A DNA stretch of 64,000 nt from Candidatus Doudnabacteria bacterium (GTDB taxonomy: Bacteria; Patescibacteriota; Doudnabacteria; UBA920; O2-02-FULL-48-8), in contig JAHFJG010000007.1 of NCBI GenBank assembly GCA_023246005.1, forward strand, positions 7,312 through 71,311, given 5' to 3'. The notes below the pieces were generated by a model that saw only the letters and a list, made by a program, of their open reading frames with translations, did no database searches and had not been told where the DNA came from. The position numbers and the translations under genes are program-made. Shown piece by piece: positions 25,566 to 35,679 of this stretch; position 1 is the first letter of the stretch; each line of letters begins with the position of its first letter.

Positions 25566-27580
25566 GACAGGCTTCCTTGTTGAATTTCCAGCAATTCTTC
25601 GGGAATGGCTTTTAAAATTCTGGATGGAATCGAAATATTTCGCGTGCCGTATTGCTTGCGAGATGTCGCATAAACCAAATATAAATGCTTCCTAGCTCGC
25701 GTCACGCCGACATAAGCCAGCCGGATTTCTTCAGCGATTTCTTTTGGCTCAAGCAGAGATCGCGAATGCGGCAACAGTCCTTCTTCTAAACCTACCAAAA
25801 AAACCGTATCGAATTCCAGTCCTTTGGCTTGATGCAAAGTCATGAGTGTCACTTTCGGGGAATTCAGATCGACTTCATCGGCCTGCGTCATGAGCGCCAC
25901 CTCTTCCAAAAATTTGTTCAAGCCTTCTTTCCAATTCATGGCACGGAAGCTTCCCGCGACATTGAACAGTTCCTGAATATTTTCCCAGCGACTCTCCCCT
26001 TCTTCCGATCCATCGCGCAAAAAAGTCTCATAGCCTGAAAGTTTAAGAGTCTGGCGCAGCAAATCCAGAAGATTGGCGGTTTCATTAAGTTTGCTTAACA
26101 AATCCTGCATTTCAAAAAAATTCTTAATTGCTGGCCTAGCCGCGAACAATTCGGCAAGCTCTTGTTCTTTCTTTTCAAGCAACGCGTCTTTCAACAAATC
26201 AAAAGTCTTGGGTCCAATCCCCCGAGGCGGCGTATTTATTACGCGTTTTAAGCTGACTAAATCATTTCGATTAACCAACAAACGAAGATAGCTTAAGATA
26301 TCTTTAATTTCTTTTCGCTCATAAAATTTGAGTCCTCCGACAATTTGGTATGGAATACTAGCTTCAATCATAACTTCTTCCAGCACGCGCGACTGGGCAT
26401 GAGTCCGATATAGCACCGCCATGTGGTTCAGGCCGATTCGGTTTTTCAGTTTTGGCAAAATTTTTGATTTGGCTTGACGCATGATCCGACCCAAGATTGT
26501 TTCGTCATCCTCTGCCACATATTGGATTTCTTCTGTTTTTCCATCCTGATGTTCAATTATCTTGCTGGCAACAAAATAGGCTTCGGCTAATTCGTCTTCA
26601 GCCGCAAATAACAGAGGGATTTGCCCTTGTTCATTTTCAGTCCATAACCGCTTTTTGTGCTGGCGCGGGCTTAATTCAATGATTTTTTCAGCAATCGCAA
26701 GAATCGGGGCAGTAGATCGGTAATTTTGCTCTAATCTGATGATTTGGGCTGAAGGGTAGTCATCTTCAAAATCCAAAATATTCTGCAAATTAGCTCCGCG
26801 AAAACCATAAATTGCCTGGGCGTCATCCCCAACCACAAAAATATTTTTATGGGTGGCGACGAGCAATTTGGTAAACATGTATTGAACGTGGTTGGTATCC
26901 TGGTATTCATCCACCAGCAAATATTTCCAAAGCTCCTGGTATTTTTTCAAAATTTCCGGATGTGTCTGGAAAATCGTTACGGGCAAAACCAAAAGATCGC
27001 CGAAATCCACGGCATTGTTTTTTCGCAATTCGTCTTGATATTGCTCGTAGACTTGTTTAACGGTTTTTCTGAAGCGGTCGTCGTCATTGTCATAATCATC
27101 TGGTCCTTGTAAGTTATTCTTCGCCCGATCAATGATAGCCGCAAATAGCGATGGTTTGAATTTGGTCGGGTCAATTTTTAACCGCAACAAAATATCTTTC
27201 AGCAGACTTTCCTGGTCATTGTCATCATAAATTACAAAGTTGGACGCCAGTCCGGCGAGTTTCCCTTCCGCTCTCAAAATACGAACCCCGATCGAATGAA
27301 ATGTTCCCATGACTGGCATGGATGGAGACCTCTCTGTCCCTTGGTGTCGAAATCCCATTAGTTTGAAAATTCTCTGTTTCATCTCCCCGGCCGCTTTATT
27401 GGTAAAAGTCACGGCTAAAATATTTTCAGGCCTAAAGTTTAATTTTTTAATCAAATAAACTATGCGCATTGTCAACGCGCGCGTCTTGCCGCTGCCTGCG
27501 CCGGCCAAAATCAAAACCGGCCCCATGGGAGCTGTGACCGCTTCGATCTGCGCTTGATTAAGACCAAGGTTTTCTTTCAT
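25559..27580 (-). CDS. pcrA: UvrD/PcrA DNA helicase
   Basis: AGAGSGKT, VDEYQD, VGDDAQAIY, QNYRS, HQAKGLEF, YVGVTRA. Confidence 0.96.
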   Translation of the reverse strand: MKENLGLNQAQIEAVTAPMGPVLILAGAGSGKTRALTMRIVYLIKKLNFRPENILAVTFTNKAAGEMKQRIFKLMGFRHQGTERSPSMPVMGTFHSIGVRILRAEGKLAGLASNFVIYDDNDQESLLKDILLRLKIDPTKFKPSLFAAIIDRAKNNLQGPDDYDNDDDRFRKTVKQVYEQYQDELRKNNAVDFGDLLVLPVTIFQTHPEILKKYQELWKYLLVDEYQDTNHVQYMFTKLLVATHKNIFVVGDDAQAIYGFRGANLQNILDFEDDYPSAQIIRLEQNYRSTAPILAIAEKIIELSPRQHKKRLWTENEQGQIPLLFAAEDELAEAYFVASKIIEHQDGKTEEIQYVAEDDETILGRIMRQAKSKILPKLKNRIGLNHMAVLYRTHAQSRVLEEVMIEASIPYQIVGGLKFYERKEIKDILSYLRLLVNRNDLVSLKRVINTPPRGIGPKTFDLLKDALLEKKEQELAELFAARPAIKNFFEMQDLLSKLNETANLLDLLRQTLKLSGYETFLRDGSEEGESRWENIQELFNVAGSFRAMNWKEGLNKFLEEVALMTQADEVDLNSPKVTLMTLHQAKGLEFDTVFLVGLEEGLLPHSRSLLEPKEIAEEIRLAYVGVTRARKHLYLVYATSRKQYGTRNISIPSRILKAIPEELLEIQQGSLSW

Positions 27581-27607
27581 AAGCGCTTGTATTATAGCTT
27601 GTTGTTC

Positions 27608-27675
27608 GAATTATGAATAATGAATAAGGGATGAGGACCAGTTTCCTAATTCCTTATTCCAAATTCCTAATTCCT
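27608..27675. repeat. Inverted heptamer tandem arrays (GAATTAT/TTCCTAA type), no cargo
   Basis: gaattatgaataatgaataagg ... ttcctaattccttattccaaattcctaattcc. Confidence 0.7.
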
Positions 27676-27679
27676 TTCT

Positions 27680-27688
27680 TGTGGATAA
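27680..27688 (-). promoter_or_regulatory. Consensus DnaA box in the divergent pcrA/M23 promoter region
   Basis: TGTGGATAA (TTATCCACA), single copy. Confidence 0.4.
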
Positions 27689-27843
27689 AGCTATTGACCA
27701 AATTAGCCTTTTTTGATAGGATTGATTGAGCGATTTATTGATGTACTGGATAGAATAGTTAAATCCAAAATTTACTTATTTACAGGAATTAAGTAGAAAT
27801 TGGCTGCATAGGAGCTCTTATTTTATCATTCAAAAAGAAGAGC

Positions 27844-29121
27844 ATGATTCAAAATTCAGATCAGCGTTCTTCTGTCTCTTTCTTCAAAAAACTTTCGGAA
27901 ATTTGGAAAACAAACAGCAAATTCACAATCCATCCTTTCAAATCCCTGCACTCACGACACCTTCTGCCTCTGTCCGTTCCTGACTATGCCGCGCGTTTTA
28001 GTTTTGAACTTGTCATATTGACAATCGCAATCTTCGCAGTAATCGTAAATTTTTCTCTTAATAATCACGCTAACCACATCTCCTCTTCTGATCAAAGCGT
28101 GATTTTTTCATTTTTAAAAAATAATCCAAACCTCAATCGCAACCTTTTAACAAATTCCGACACAACCACTATTCTTGCTCAAACCGACCAATTAATTGCC
28201 AAAGCTCAAGCTCAATCAACATTGGGAGTGGTGCTCACTTCAACTCAAATTCTAAACTCAAGACCTAACCCGACTACCATTCAAGAAGATGTAATTTTGA
28301 AAACCAATCCGGCTGATACCCAAAATACTAATCGACAAGGACTGACCAAATATGATGTTGCTCCAGGCGATACCATTACTGGCATTGCTTCAAGTTTCGG
28401 CATTTCGCCCCAAACAATCATGATGGAAAATAAGCTGAATGAAAACACAGTCTTGAAGCCAGGACAAGAACTGACCATCCTGCCGACCACAGGCATTACC
28501 TACACGCTCAAACCAAGTGACACGCTGGAATCAATTTTGAACAAATACAAAATTTCTGAAAATGATTTTCTTGATGCTAACAACATTGAATCATTCAATG
28601 ACTTGGATATCGGCAGTATTGTCGTCATCCCAATGCAGAATGTAAGTTTGCCCCAGGCGCCAAAGCCCCGATCTAAATTCGTTCTTGATGAAACTAACAA
28701 AGTAGCCTTGAAACAAGCTCTGGCGCCGGATAATCTGATTACAGGCCCAATTAGTTTTATTTGGCCAACTTCAGTTAAAAGCATTACTCAAGGATTTTCT
28801 CGCCGCCATTCTGGCATAGACATCTCTGACAGTAAAATGGAGCCAATTTACGCAGCAGCCGACGGTTTTGTCGAGATTTCAGGATATCAGGCCAATGGTT
28901 ACGGCAATACCATAGTCATTAACCATGGTGGCGGGTTTAAGACGCGTTATGGGCATGCTTCCGAGCTTTATGTCCAAGCCGGAGATTTCGTCAAAGCTGG
29001 CCAGCTGATTGCCAAACAAGGCCGCACAGGACGCGTCCGTGGAGCGACTGGAATTCACTTGCATTTTGAAATCATAAAAAATGGGATACATGTTAACCCC
29101 CTGGAATACGTCAAGCCATAA
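27844..29121 (+). CDS. LysM-M23 peptidoglycan endopeptidase
   Basis: Two LysM repeats; HSGIDI, YGH, HLHFEI. Confidence 0.95.
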   Translation: MIQNSDQRSSVSFFKKLSEIWKTNSKFTIHPFKSLHSRHLLPLSVPDYAARFSFELVILTIAIFAVIVNFSLNNHANHISSSDQSVIFSFLKNNPNLNRNLLTNSDTTTILAQTDQLIAKAQAQSTLGVVLTSTQILNSRPNPTTIQEDVILKTNPADTQNTNRQGLTKYDVAPGDTITGIASSFGISPQTIMMENKLNENTVLKPGQELTILPTTGITYTLKPSDTLESILNKYKISENDFLDANNIESFNDLDIGSIVVIPMQNVSLPQAPKPRSKFVLDETNKVALKQALAPDNLITGPISFIWPTSVKSITQGFSRRHSGIDISDSKMEPIYAAADGFVEISGYQANGYGNTIVINHGGGFKTRYGHASELYVQAGDFVKAGQLIAKQGRTGRVRGATGIHLHFEIIKNGIHVNPLEYVKP

Positions 29122-29218
29122 ATCAGATAACAGTTAACAGTAAACAGATAACAGAAAACAAACCCAACATCGCATTGCTGGGTTTTATGTTATCTGATAT
29201 CTGATTTTTGTTATCTGA
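29122..29218. repeat. Empty CAGATAA-type inverted heptamer element around a terminator-like hairpin
   Basis: Same ATCAGATAACAG/TGTTATCTGAT arms as 12962-13372. Confidence 0.8.
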
Positions 29219-29224
29219 CTCTTG

Positions 29225-31027
29225 CTACTGCACTGCTGTTCCGCGAGCATTCATGACATCATCATCAATATCACTGGTGGAGACAGAATTGATCATGTTA
29301 GTTTGAATCGGTAAATTGACAAAGGTATCAGTACCGGTTGCCTGAACATTGCCAAGTAAATTAATAAGCTTACCGCGATCTGCTTCGTTTGGCGTGACTT
29401 CAATTTGGAAACTAACTTTCAACGCAGGAATAAATTTGCCGGTAAAAGCGCCGAGAGTTCCGATGTTCCAGCGGATTTTGCCAGAATTAGGATCATAACT
29501 TAGCCGGTTTTTTTCTGAATCTGGAACAATCGCGTTTTTCCAAGCTAAAGGAGAAAGCGGCATTGAGGCCGTAACTAAAGTGTCTGACAAATCATTGCTT
29601 AAATTAGTCAAAAGAAAAGTCATTTCAAACAAAGTCGATTTCCCAACCTGCATCGGAGCAGCGCCTGACAAATAGTTGCCATTAACCGTTAAACCTAAAC
29701 TGGAAATTAATTTCAATTCTGAATTGGCGGCTTTGGTCGGCGTGGCAATTTCATCAGAAAAAATTGATCCCGAAGCGGTAATTGTTTGATTTTTAAGATT
29801 AGTCGATAAATCGCTTTTGACTGGTACTGTAAAATTAATTTCTCCTTTTTCGGTTGGAGACAAAACTGTCAGATTGCTCAATGTCGCCGATTTCCAAGTC
29901 AGAATATTGCCAGTAATAATCGCATTCTGGGCTTGAATGTGGGTTAAGTCTAACGCTGGCCCATCCAATTTGATGGTAATCACCAAATTGCTCAATCCAA
30001 TATTGCCTTGATTGGCATATTGCAAGGTATAATTAATCGTATCTCCAAGCTTCACAAAATTATTTTGTTGGGTTTTGATAATCAAAGCGACCGAAGACGG
30101 AATTATTTTAAATGTCGCGGTCGCGGCAATTTGCGGCGCAAAAGTATTATTAATCAGCTGTCCTAAATCAGCGCGCACAAGAGCGTCTTGCGATGAATCG
30201 CCGGTGAAGCTGCCTGTAATGTCAATGCTAGCTGTATTGTTAGCGCCAAGCTTGCTAATATTCCAGATATTTTTGTTTTTAGTCGGAGGTGGATTAGAAG
30301 AAGTAAAACTAAAGCCTGCTGGATAAGTCAATTGAACCGCTAAATTATCAAAATCCTGGGACGAAACGTTTGTAAAACTAACTATGAAAGTAGCGTCTTG
30401 GCCATTTACAACATCAACCGGCCCATTAACGTCCATAGTCAGATTGGGAGGTAAAATATTGGTTATCAGGCTTTGTTCTGCCAAAAATTCCGAATTAAAA
30501 TTTGATAATTTATAATGCAAACGGGCTTTAATTTCCTTACCCTCGCCAGTTGAACCTGAAAGTTTGCCGCGAATCATCACCTCGCCGTCTTGGCCTTGCT
30601 TTAAAATCGGCAAATTAAAAGTCTGGCCGGAAGAAGAAACGGCTGTCGGAGTTGCTGATTTAAATTTAAAACCAGTTGGATAAAACATTTCCAGAGAAAT
30701 TCCGACTAAGTCGGCATTTTCACCATTGCGGTAGACGATATGATACTCGGCTTCATTGTCTGAAGTTAACTGGGTTGGGCCTTTAACAAAAATCAAAACA
30801 TTAGTCGAGGTTGGGCTGGGCTGCGCGTTTGAGCGAAACAAAAAATACCAAAAAATACCAAATATAAGGATCAGCAATCCGATTGTTCCAAAAATCAATT
30901 TTGGATTTTTAAAAAATTTCTTTCCGCCAGAGACGCCCGCCTGCCCGGCCGGCAGGGATCCGCCTTCCGCGGACCAACCAGTGGGAAATTCGGCTCTAGT
31001 TTTGTCGTCTAATATTTGGTCGTTCAT
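29225..31027 (-). CDS. Surface protein with repeated DUF11/Ig-like domains
   Basis: N-terminal TM; repeated Y-x-N...L-x-Y-P-x-G-F-x-F modules. Confidence 0.8.
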   Translation of the reverse strand: MNDQILDDKTRAEFPTGWSAEGGSLPAGQAGVSGGKKFFKNPKLIFGTIGLLILIFGIFWYFLFRSNAQPSPTSTNVLIFVKGPTQLTSDNEAEYHIVYRNGENADLVGISLEMFYPTGFKFKSATPTAVSSSGQTFNLPILKQGQDGEVMIRGKLSGSTGEGKEIKARLHYKLSNFNSEFLAEQSLITNILPPNLTMDVNGPVDVVNGQDATFIVSFTNVSSQDFDNLAVQLTYPAGFSFTSSNPPPTKNKNIWNISKLGANNTASIDITGSFTGDSSQDALVRADLGQLINNTFAPQIAATATFKIIPSSVALIIKTQQNNFVKLGDTINYTLQYANQGNIGLSNLVITIKLDGPALDLTHIQAQNAIITGNILTWKSATLSNLTVLSPTEKGEINFTVPVKSDLSTNLKNQTITASGSIFSDEIATPTKAANSELKLISSLGLTVNGNYLSGAAPMQVGKSTLFEMTFLLTNLSNDLSDTLVTASMPLSPLAWKNAIVPDSEKNRLSYDPNSGKIRWNIGTLGAFTGKFIPALKVSFQIEVTPNEADRGKLINLLGNVQATGTDTFVNLPIQTNMINSVSTSDIDDDVMNARGTAVQ

Positions 31028-31602
31028 CAGATTGAAATTAAGAATAATTCGGATTTAATGTTTCGCTCTAAAATATACTCAATAAACTTATTGATGGTAT
31101 GATGATTAAGCTGATCAACATCCTTCGGGATTTTAAAACCTAAGATCTCAAGTAATTCTACACAGAAGGAGTCCAGTAATCTAAAATACTGTTCCGAGTA
31201 ATTCTGACGGTCAAGGTTATAAAAAAAATCTGTCAATAAATTATAAGCCTCCGGATTCGGATGTTCGTCTGCTGTCATCTTCAGCATCAATTCTGCGGCA
31301 TAAAACGCAATCGCGGTTTTTTTAAGGTCTGTACGCAAGCTATTGAATTGCCGTACAGGCTTGGCTCCAATCAATGTTGGCAAATGCTTGCCAGCCAGAT
31401 ACAGTTCAACTTGGGCCAAATCCTGACACGCGTAATTAAGCTTGCTGGCCGGCTTGCGCAATGATTTGGCTAAAATGCGGACTTTGCCAGCTTCTTGGGT
31501 CCAGCAGCTAACTATTTGATCGGCTTCCCTGTAGTTTTGTTTCTTGAGGATTATGCCTGTGAGTTTTTTGTATTTCATCGTAAAATTTCTAACGGGATTC
31601 AT
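31027..31602 (-). CDS. recO: DNA repair protein RecO (short form)
   Basis: GIILKKQNYREADQIV...GKVRILAKSLRK..SKL. Confidence 0.9.
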   Translation of the reverse strand: MNPVRNFTMKYKKLTGIILKKQNYREADQIVSCWTQEAGKVRILAKSLRKPASKLNYACQDLAQVELYLAGKHLPTLIGAKPVRQFNSLRTDLKKTAIAFYAAELMLKMTADEHPNPEAYNLLTDFFYNLDRQNYSEQYFRLLDSFCVELLEILGFKIPKDVDQLNHHTINKFIEYILERNIKSELFLISI

Positions 31603-34600
31603 TATTTCTTTAAAGCAATGGTCACTTTTTTGTCGCCGATCATAATCTCTTCCCCGCCACTTAACCCCGTTTCTCCATTTATTCCCTTTATGTACGTCTT
31701 TTTTGTATCAAACAGTTCAAATGCAGCTCTTAATTCCGCGTCATCTGTATCATACGATAAATTGACCGATTCGCCAACCTTAAGTCCCGATTTTTTGCGC
31801 ATCTCTTGCACTGCTCGTTCCAGCTCGCGAGCCAGGCCTTCTTTTTTCAACTCTGGAGTAATTTCTAAATCAAATTCAAGCTTGTCCCCCAACTTAACTG
31901 CCTTAACATTCAACTCATCAGCTAAAATTTCCTCAAATTCTTTTGCTAATTTTTCTTTAGCATTATAAACAACTGACGCCAGTGGCTGTCGCAATTTTAG
32001 ATTCGAGGACTTTCTCAACGCATGACCTTGCTCGACGAGATTTCTGACTAACCGCATTTGATCCAAAACTGTTTTTTGTTCCTTGCTCAATTCTTTCTTT
32101 TCTGGCCAAGAAGCTAAATGGACTGATACCGTTTCTGTCTTATGATTCAAATTCAGGTAAATCATTTCCGACATATAAGGCATAACTGGCGCAGAGACTT
32201 TAGACAAAACCAAAAGTGCGTGCCGCAGAGTTCCAAAAAAATGGCTGTCTTTGCGGCCTCTGCTTCTTCGCAAATACCATGTTGAAAGTTCATTGATGTA
32301 ATCTTCTATCGCTCTTGTGGCTTTAACCGTGTTATACCCGTCAAGCTGATCGGTTACCTCGTTTACCAATTTTTGTATCTTAGCAACAATCCATAAATCC
32401 AAAACATTCGTTAAGTCAGGCTTGTATCCGGCCGGTTTCGGTTCCCATCCGGCTTCGTTGGCGTATGTTACGAAGTAGTTAAAGATGTTCCAAAGAATCA
32501 AAATATTTTTGCGATAAACAATTCCTAATTCTCTTTCGTTGAAATCTAAATTCTCGGCTTGCATTACTGGCGAGCTCATCAAATAGAATCTCAACGCATC
32601 AATTCCGTACTTTTCAATCACTTCCCACGGATCCGGATAATTATTTTTTGACTTGCTCATCTTGGAACCATCTTCAGCCTGAATCGTACCTGTCGTCACG
32701 ACATTTTCAAACGGCGCTTTGCCGAACAAATTGTAAGACACCACGTGCATGACATAAAACCATGCTCTGGTTTGCGCTATGTATTCGGCCACAAACTGCG
32801 CAGGAAAACGGCTTTCAAACACCTCTTTCTGGTCAAACGGATAGTGATACTCGGCAAACGGCATGCTGCCAGCCTCGACCCAAGAATCAAAGATTTCGCT
32901 GATTCTATGGGCATCTTTGCCGCATTGCTTGCACTTAATCACAATTTCATCAATGTACGGCCGGTGCAAATCAACAATGCTGACGTCCATTTCATAGGCT
33001 TCGCCGAGTTTTGGGTATTCCAGTTCTGACCCAAAATATTTCTGCAAAATAAACAATGGGTCGCCGTGGCCGACAACTAAAATCTTTTTTCCTTCATATT
33101 TTTGATTGATTTCTTGCACAAATTCAAGCATGCGCTTTTGCACATCCAGATTACTCTCCCCACCATCTGGTCCTTTTTCCCATCGGGCTTCAAACGGAAA
33201 TGCTTTCCAAAGTTCGTCGTAACTTTTGCCGTTGTAAACGCCGGTATTAAATTCGTGTAGACGGGCATCAAACTGCACTTCGACTGCCAATGCTTGGCCA
33301 ATCAACTCGGCCGTTTCTTTGGTGCGAGTGATGTCAGAAGCAAAAATTAAATCAATTCCTGCTTGTTTCAATCTACTACTTGCAGCTTCGGCTTCTTTTG
33401 TTCCCGTCGCGGTCAAAGAATACTTCTTTTTTCTCTCCGGAAAACAATCATTGATTCCAAGGATGTTGTTCTCGGCTTCGCCATGGCGAGCAAAATAAAA
33501 AGTATTTCGACTCAAACCTAATTCCTTGATCGAACCAACCACAGTGACGTGTCCATCTTCACATTTCCAAACCGGAATTGGATTACCCCAATAACGGTTG
33601 CGGGAAATGTTCCAGTCGGGCGCGGCTTCGACTGACTTTTGGTAGCGGCCGTGTTTGAGGTGGTCTGGAAACCAATTGATTTCTTTTTCATTAGTTTTCA
33701 GAAGTCCTGGCTTGATTTTTTGAATATTCATAAACCATGCGGGAATCGCATTGTAATAAAGTGTCGTGCCGCAGCGCCAACAATGCGGATAAGAATGTTT
33801 GTGCTGTTGCTTGGCAAACAATAATCCCCTGCTTTCCAAATCTTTCTTAATGACTTTTTCTGAATCTTTAAAATACATCCCGCGGATCAACTCTGGAGCC
33901 TTGTCATTGAACTTCCCTTTTTCATCAAGCAAAGGAACCACGGGCAAACCAACTTTTAAGCCCAAATTATAGTCATCTTCGCCATAAACTACGGCAGCAT
34001 GAACAATTCCTGTGCCCTCTTCTGTGTTCACAAAATCAGCAGCGTAAACTTTAAAAGATTTGTCAGTTATAACATCAGGAACTTCAAATAACGGCTCGTA
34101 TTCTAAGCCGACCAAATCCTTGCCTTTTAACTTCTCAAGCACCTCAAAACCATCGCGAGCCTGCGAAGCAGGCGTGGCGATCTTGTCTTGGATTGCCGCG
34201 TCGCCGCCATGACTTATACTTTGAGAAAAGCGGCTCCTCGCAATGGTTTCTGCAAGCCTTTCTTTTGCCAAAATATAAAACTCGTCACCAACTTTCACTT
34301 TCACATAATCAATATCTTCACCAACCGCTAGCGCCACATTGCCCGGTAAAGTCCAGGGCGTTGTTGTCCAGGCCAATAGATAAGTATTGGCGAATTGCGG
34401 ATTACGAATTGCGAATTTCACTGTCACGGTTTCTTCGGTCACTTCCTGATAACTGTTGTCCATAGCCACTTCAAAGTTGCTGATCGGCGTTTCGCACCGC
34501 GGGCAGTACAATAGCACACGCCGGCCTTCGTAAACCAATCCTTTATCGTAAATTTGTTTGAACGCCCACCAGACCGATTCCATATAGTCGCGGTCCATGG

Positions 34601-35057
34601 TTTTGTAAGAATTATCAAAATCAACCCAGCGGGCAATTCGCCGCACGGTTTTCTTCCACTCCGTGACATACTCCAAAACCATGCTCCGACAAGTTTCATT
34701 AAATTTTTTTATTCCCAGTTTTTCAATGTCTTTTTTGCCGGAAATTCCAAGTTTGCGCTCCACAATTTCTTCAATCGGCAGACCATGACAATCCCAGCCC
34801 CATCTGCGCCGGACAAACCGGCCTTTCATAGTCTGATAGCGCGGAAATAAATCTTTGACTGTGGAGCCTAAAATGTGTCCGTAGTGCGGCGTGCCGGTGG
34901 CAAACGGCGGGCCATCATAAAAAGTGTACGGTTTGCCGTTTTTGGTTTGCTCCAAAGATTTGTGAAAAATCTGATTATCTTCCCAAAACTTCAAAACCTC
35001 TTCCTCAAGCTTTGGAAAATCTGGCTTAGGATCGATTGGTTTGAATGTATTGCTCAT
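31602..35057 (-). CDS. ileS: Isoleucine-tRNA ligase (type 2) with inserted histidine-phosphatase domain
   Basis: DGPPFATGTPHYGH, GWDCHGLP, WTTTPWTLP, KMSKS; RHGE domain insert. Confidence 0.97.
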   Translation of the reverse strand: MSNTFKPIDPKPDFPKLEEEVLKFWEDNQIFHKSLEQTKNGKPYTFYDGPPFATGTPHYGHILGSTVKDLFPRYQTMKGRFVRRRWGWDCHGLPIEEIVERKLGISGKKDIEKLGIKKFNETCRSMVLEYVTEWKKTVRRIARWVDFDNSYKTMDRDYMESVWWAFKQIYDKGLVYEGRRVLLYCPRCETPISNFEVAMDNSYQEVTEETVTVKFAIRNPQFANTYLLAWTTTPWTLPGNVALAVGEDIDYVKVKVGDEFYILAKERLAETIARSRFSQSISHGGDAAIQDKIATPASQARDGFEVLEKLKGKDLVGLEYEPLFEVPDVITDKSFKVYAADFVNTEEGTGIVHAAVVYGEDDYNLGLKVGLPVVPLLDEKGKFNDKAPELIRGMYFKDSEKVIKKDLESRGLLFAKQQHKHSYPHCWRCGTTLYYNAIPAWFMNIQKIKPGLLKTNEKEINWFPDHLKHGRYQKSVEAAPDWNISRNRYWGNPIPVWKCEDGHVTVVGSIKELGLSRNTFYFARHGEAENNILGINDCFPERKKKYSLTATGTKEAEAASSRLKQAGIDLIFASDITRTKETAELIGQALAVEVQFDARLHEFNTGVYNGKSYDELWKAFPFEARWEKGPDGGESNLDVQKRMLEFVQEINQKYEGKKILVVGHGDPLFILQKYFGSELEYPKLGEAYEMDVSIVDLHRPYIDEIVIKCKQCGKDAHRISEIFDSWVEAGSMPFAEYHYPFDQKEVFESRFPAQFVAEYIAQTRAWFYVMHVVSYNLFGKAPFENVVTTGTIQAEDGSKMSKSKNNYPDPWEVIEKYGIDALRFYLMSSPVMQAENLDFNERELGIVYRKNILILWNIFNYFVTYANEAGWEPKPAGYKPDLTNVLDLWIVAKIQKLVNEVTDQLDGYNTVKATRAIEDYINELSTWYLRRSRGRKDSHFFGTLRHALLVLSKVSAPVMPYMSEMIYLNLNHKTETVSVHLASWPEKKELSKEQKTVLDQMRLVRNLVEQGHALRKSSNLKLRQPLASVVYNAKEKLAKEFEEILADELNVKAVKLGDKLEFDLEITPELKKEGLARELERAVQEMRKKSGLKVGESVNLSYDTDDAELRAAFELFDTKKTYIKGINGETGLSGGEEIMIGDKKVTIALKK
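34150..34246. repeat. Empty RPE-like palindrome inserted in frame in ileS
   Basis: CCATCGCGAGC...GCGTGGCGATCT...GATTGCCGCGTC...GCTCCTCGCAATGG. Confidence 0.85.
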
Positions 35058-35662
35058 ATTTTATTAATTTCCCAGAAACCGCCCGTTTGGTTTGGGTGAG
35101 CTCTCATTGCTTCATACATCTTCTTCATCGTAGCAATCTTCCATTTAGGCCCGCGTGTTGGATCAACAAAACGCATTGTTCCTTTTGACGGATATATTCT
35201 ATCTAAAACTACCACGTGCCCGTTATCTTTTGTCGGATCATCAGCAAGCGTTCCGTGATGAAAACACAGTAAGACATCAAAATCTTTCTTAGAAAGTTCC
35301 GATAAATATTTTTTAAAACCTGAGAAATTTTTAAAACTTCGGATTGATCTTAATTTCATCGTTAATGGAATGCCAAGTTTTTTGAAAATTTTGTCCGGCT
35401 CATATTTTTTCTCAAAAACTCTTGTGCCGTATCCTGCAATTGGACGAAAAGAATTAGCTCGTCGTTTGCCTGTACGCATTCGCCAAAAAAATCCAGCAAC
35501 TTTTTTAGGTACTGTAAGTCCTAGATAATAACCTAGTTCTTCAGCTGGAATAAGTGGAATTCCATGACGATACATTATTATTTGAATGGAAGTAGGCACA
35601 CAACAATAGGGCTGTTGCGTGAACGGAATGTATCTGCTATTTTTTGGAACTATGTCTTTCAT
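35054..35662 (-). CDS. Papain-fold C39-like peptidase domain protein
   Basis: QQPYCCVPT, GHVVVL, FVDP catalytic pattern. Confidence 0.65.
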   Translation of the reverse strand: MKDIVPKNSRYIPFTQQPYCCVPTSIQIIMYRHGIPLIPAEELGYYLGLTVPKKVAGFFWRMRTGKRRANSFRPIAGYGTRVFEKKYEPDKIFKKLGIPLTMKLRSIRSFKNFSGFKKYLSELSKKDFDVLLCFHHGTLADDPTKDNGHVVVLDRIYPSKGTMRFVDPTRGPKWKIATMKKMYEAMRAHPNQTGGFWEINKI

Positions 35663-35679
35663 AAAAAACAAAAGCCACT

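Noticed and set aside
27680-27688. Replication origin
   Set aside because: Single DnaA box, no cluster, no dnaA or dnaN nearby
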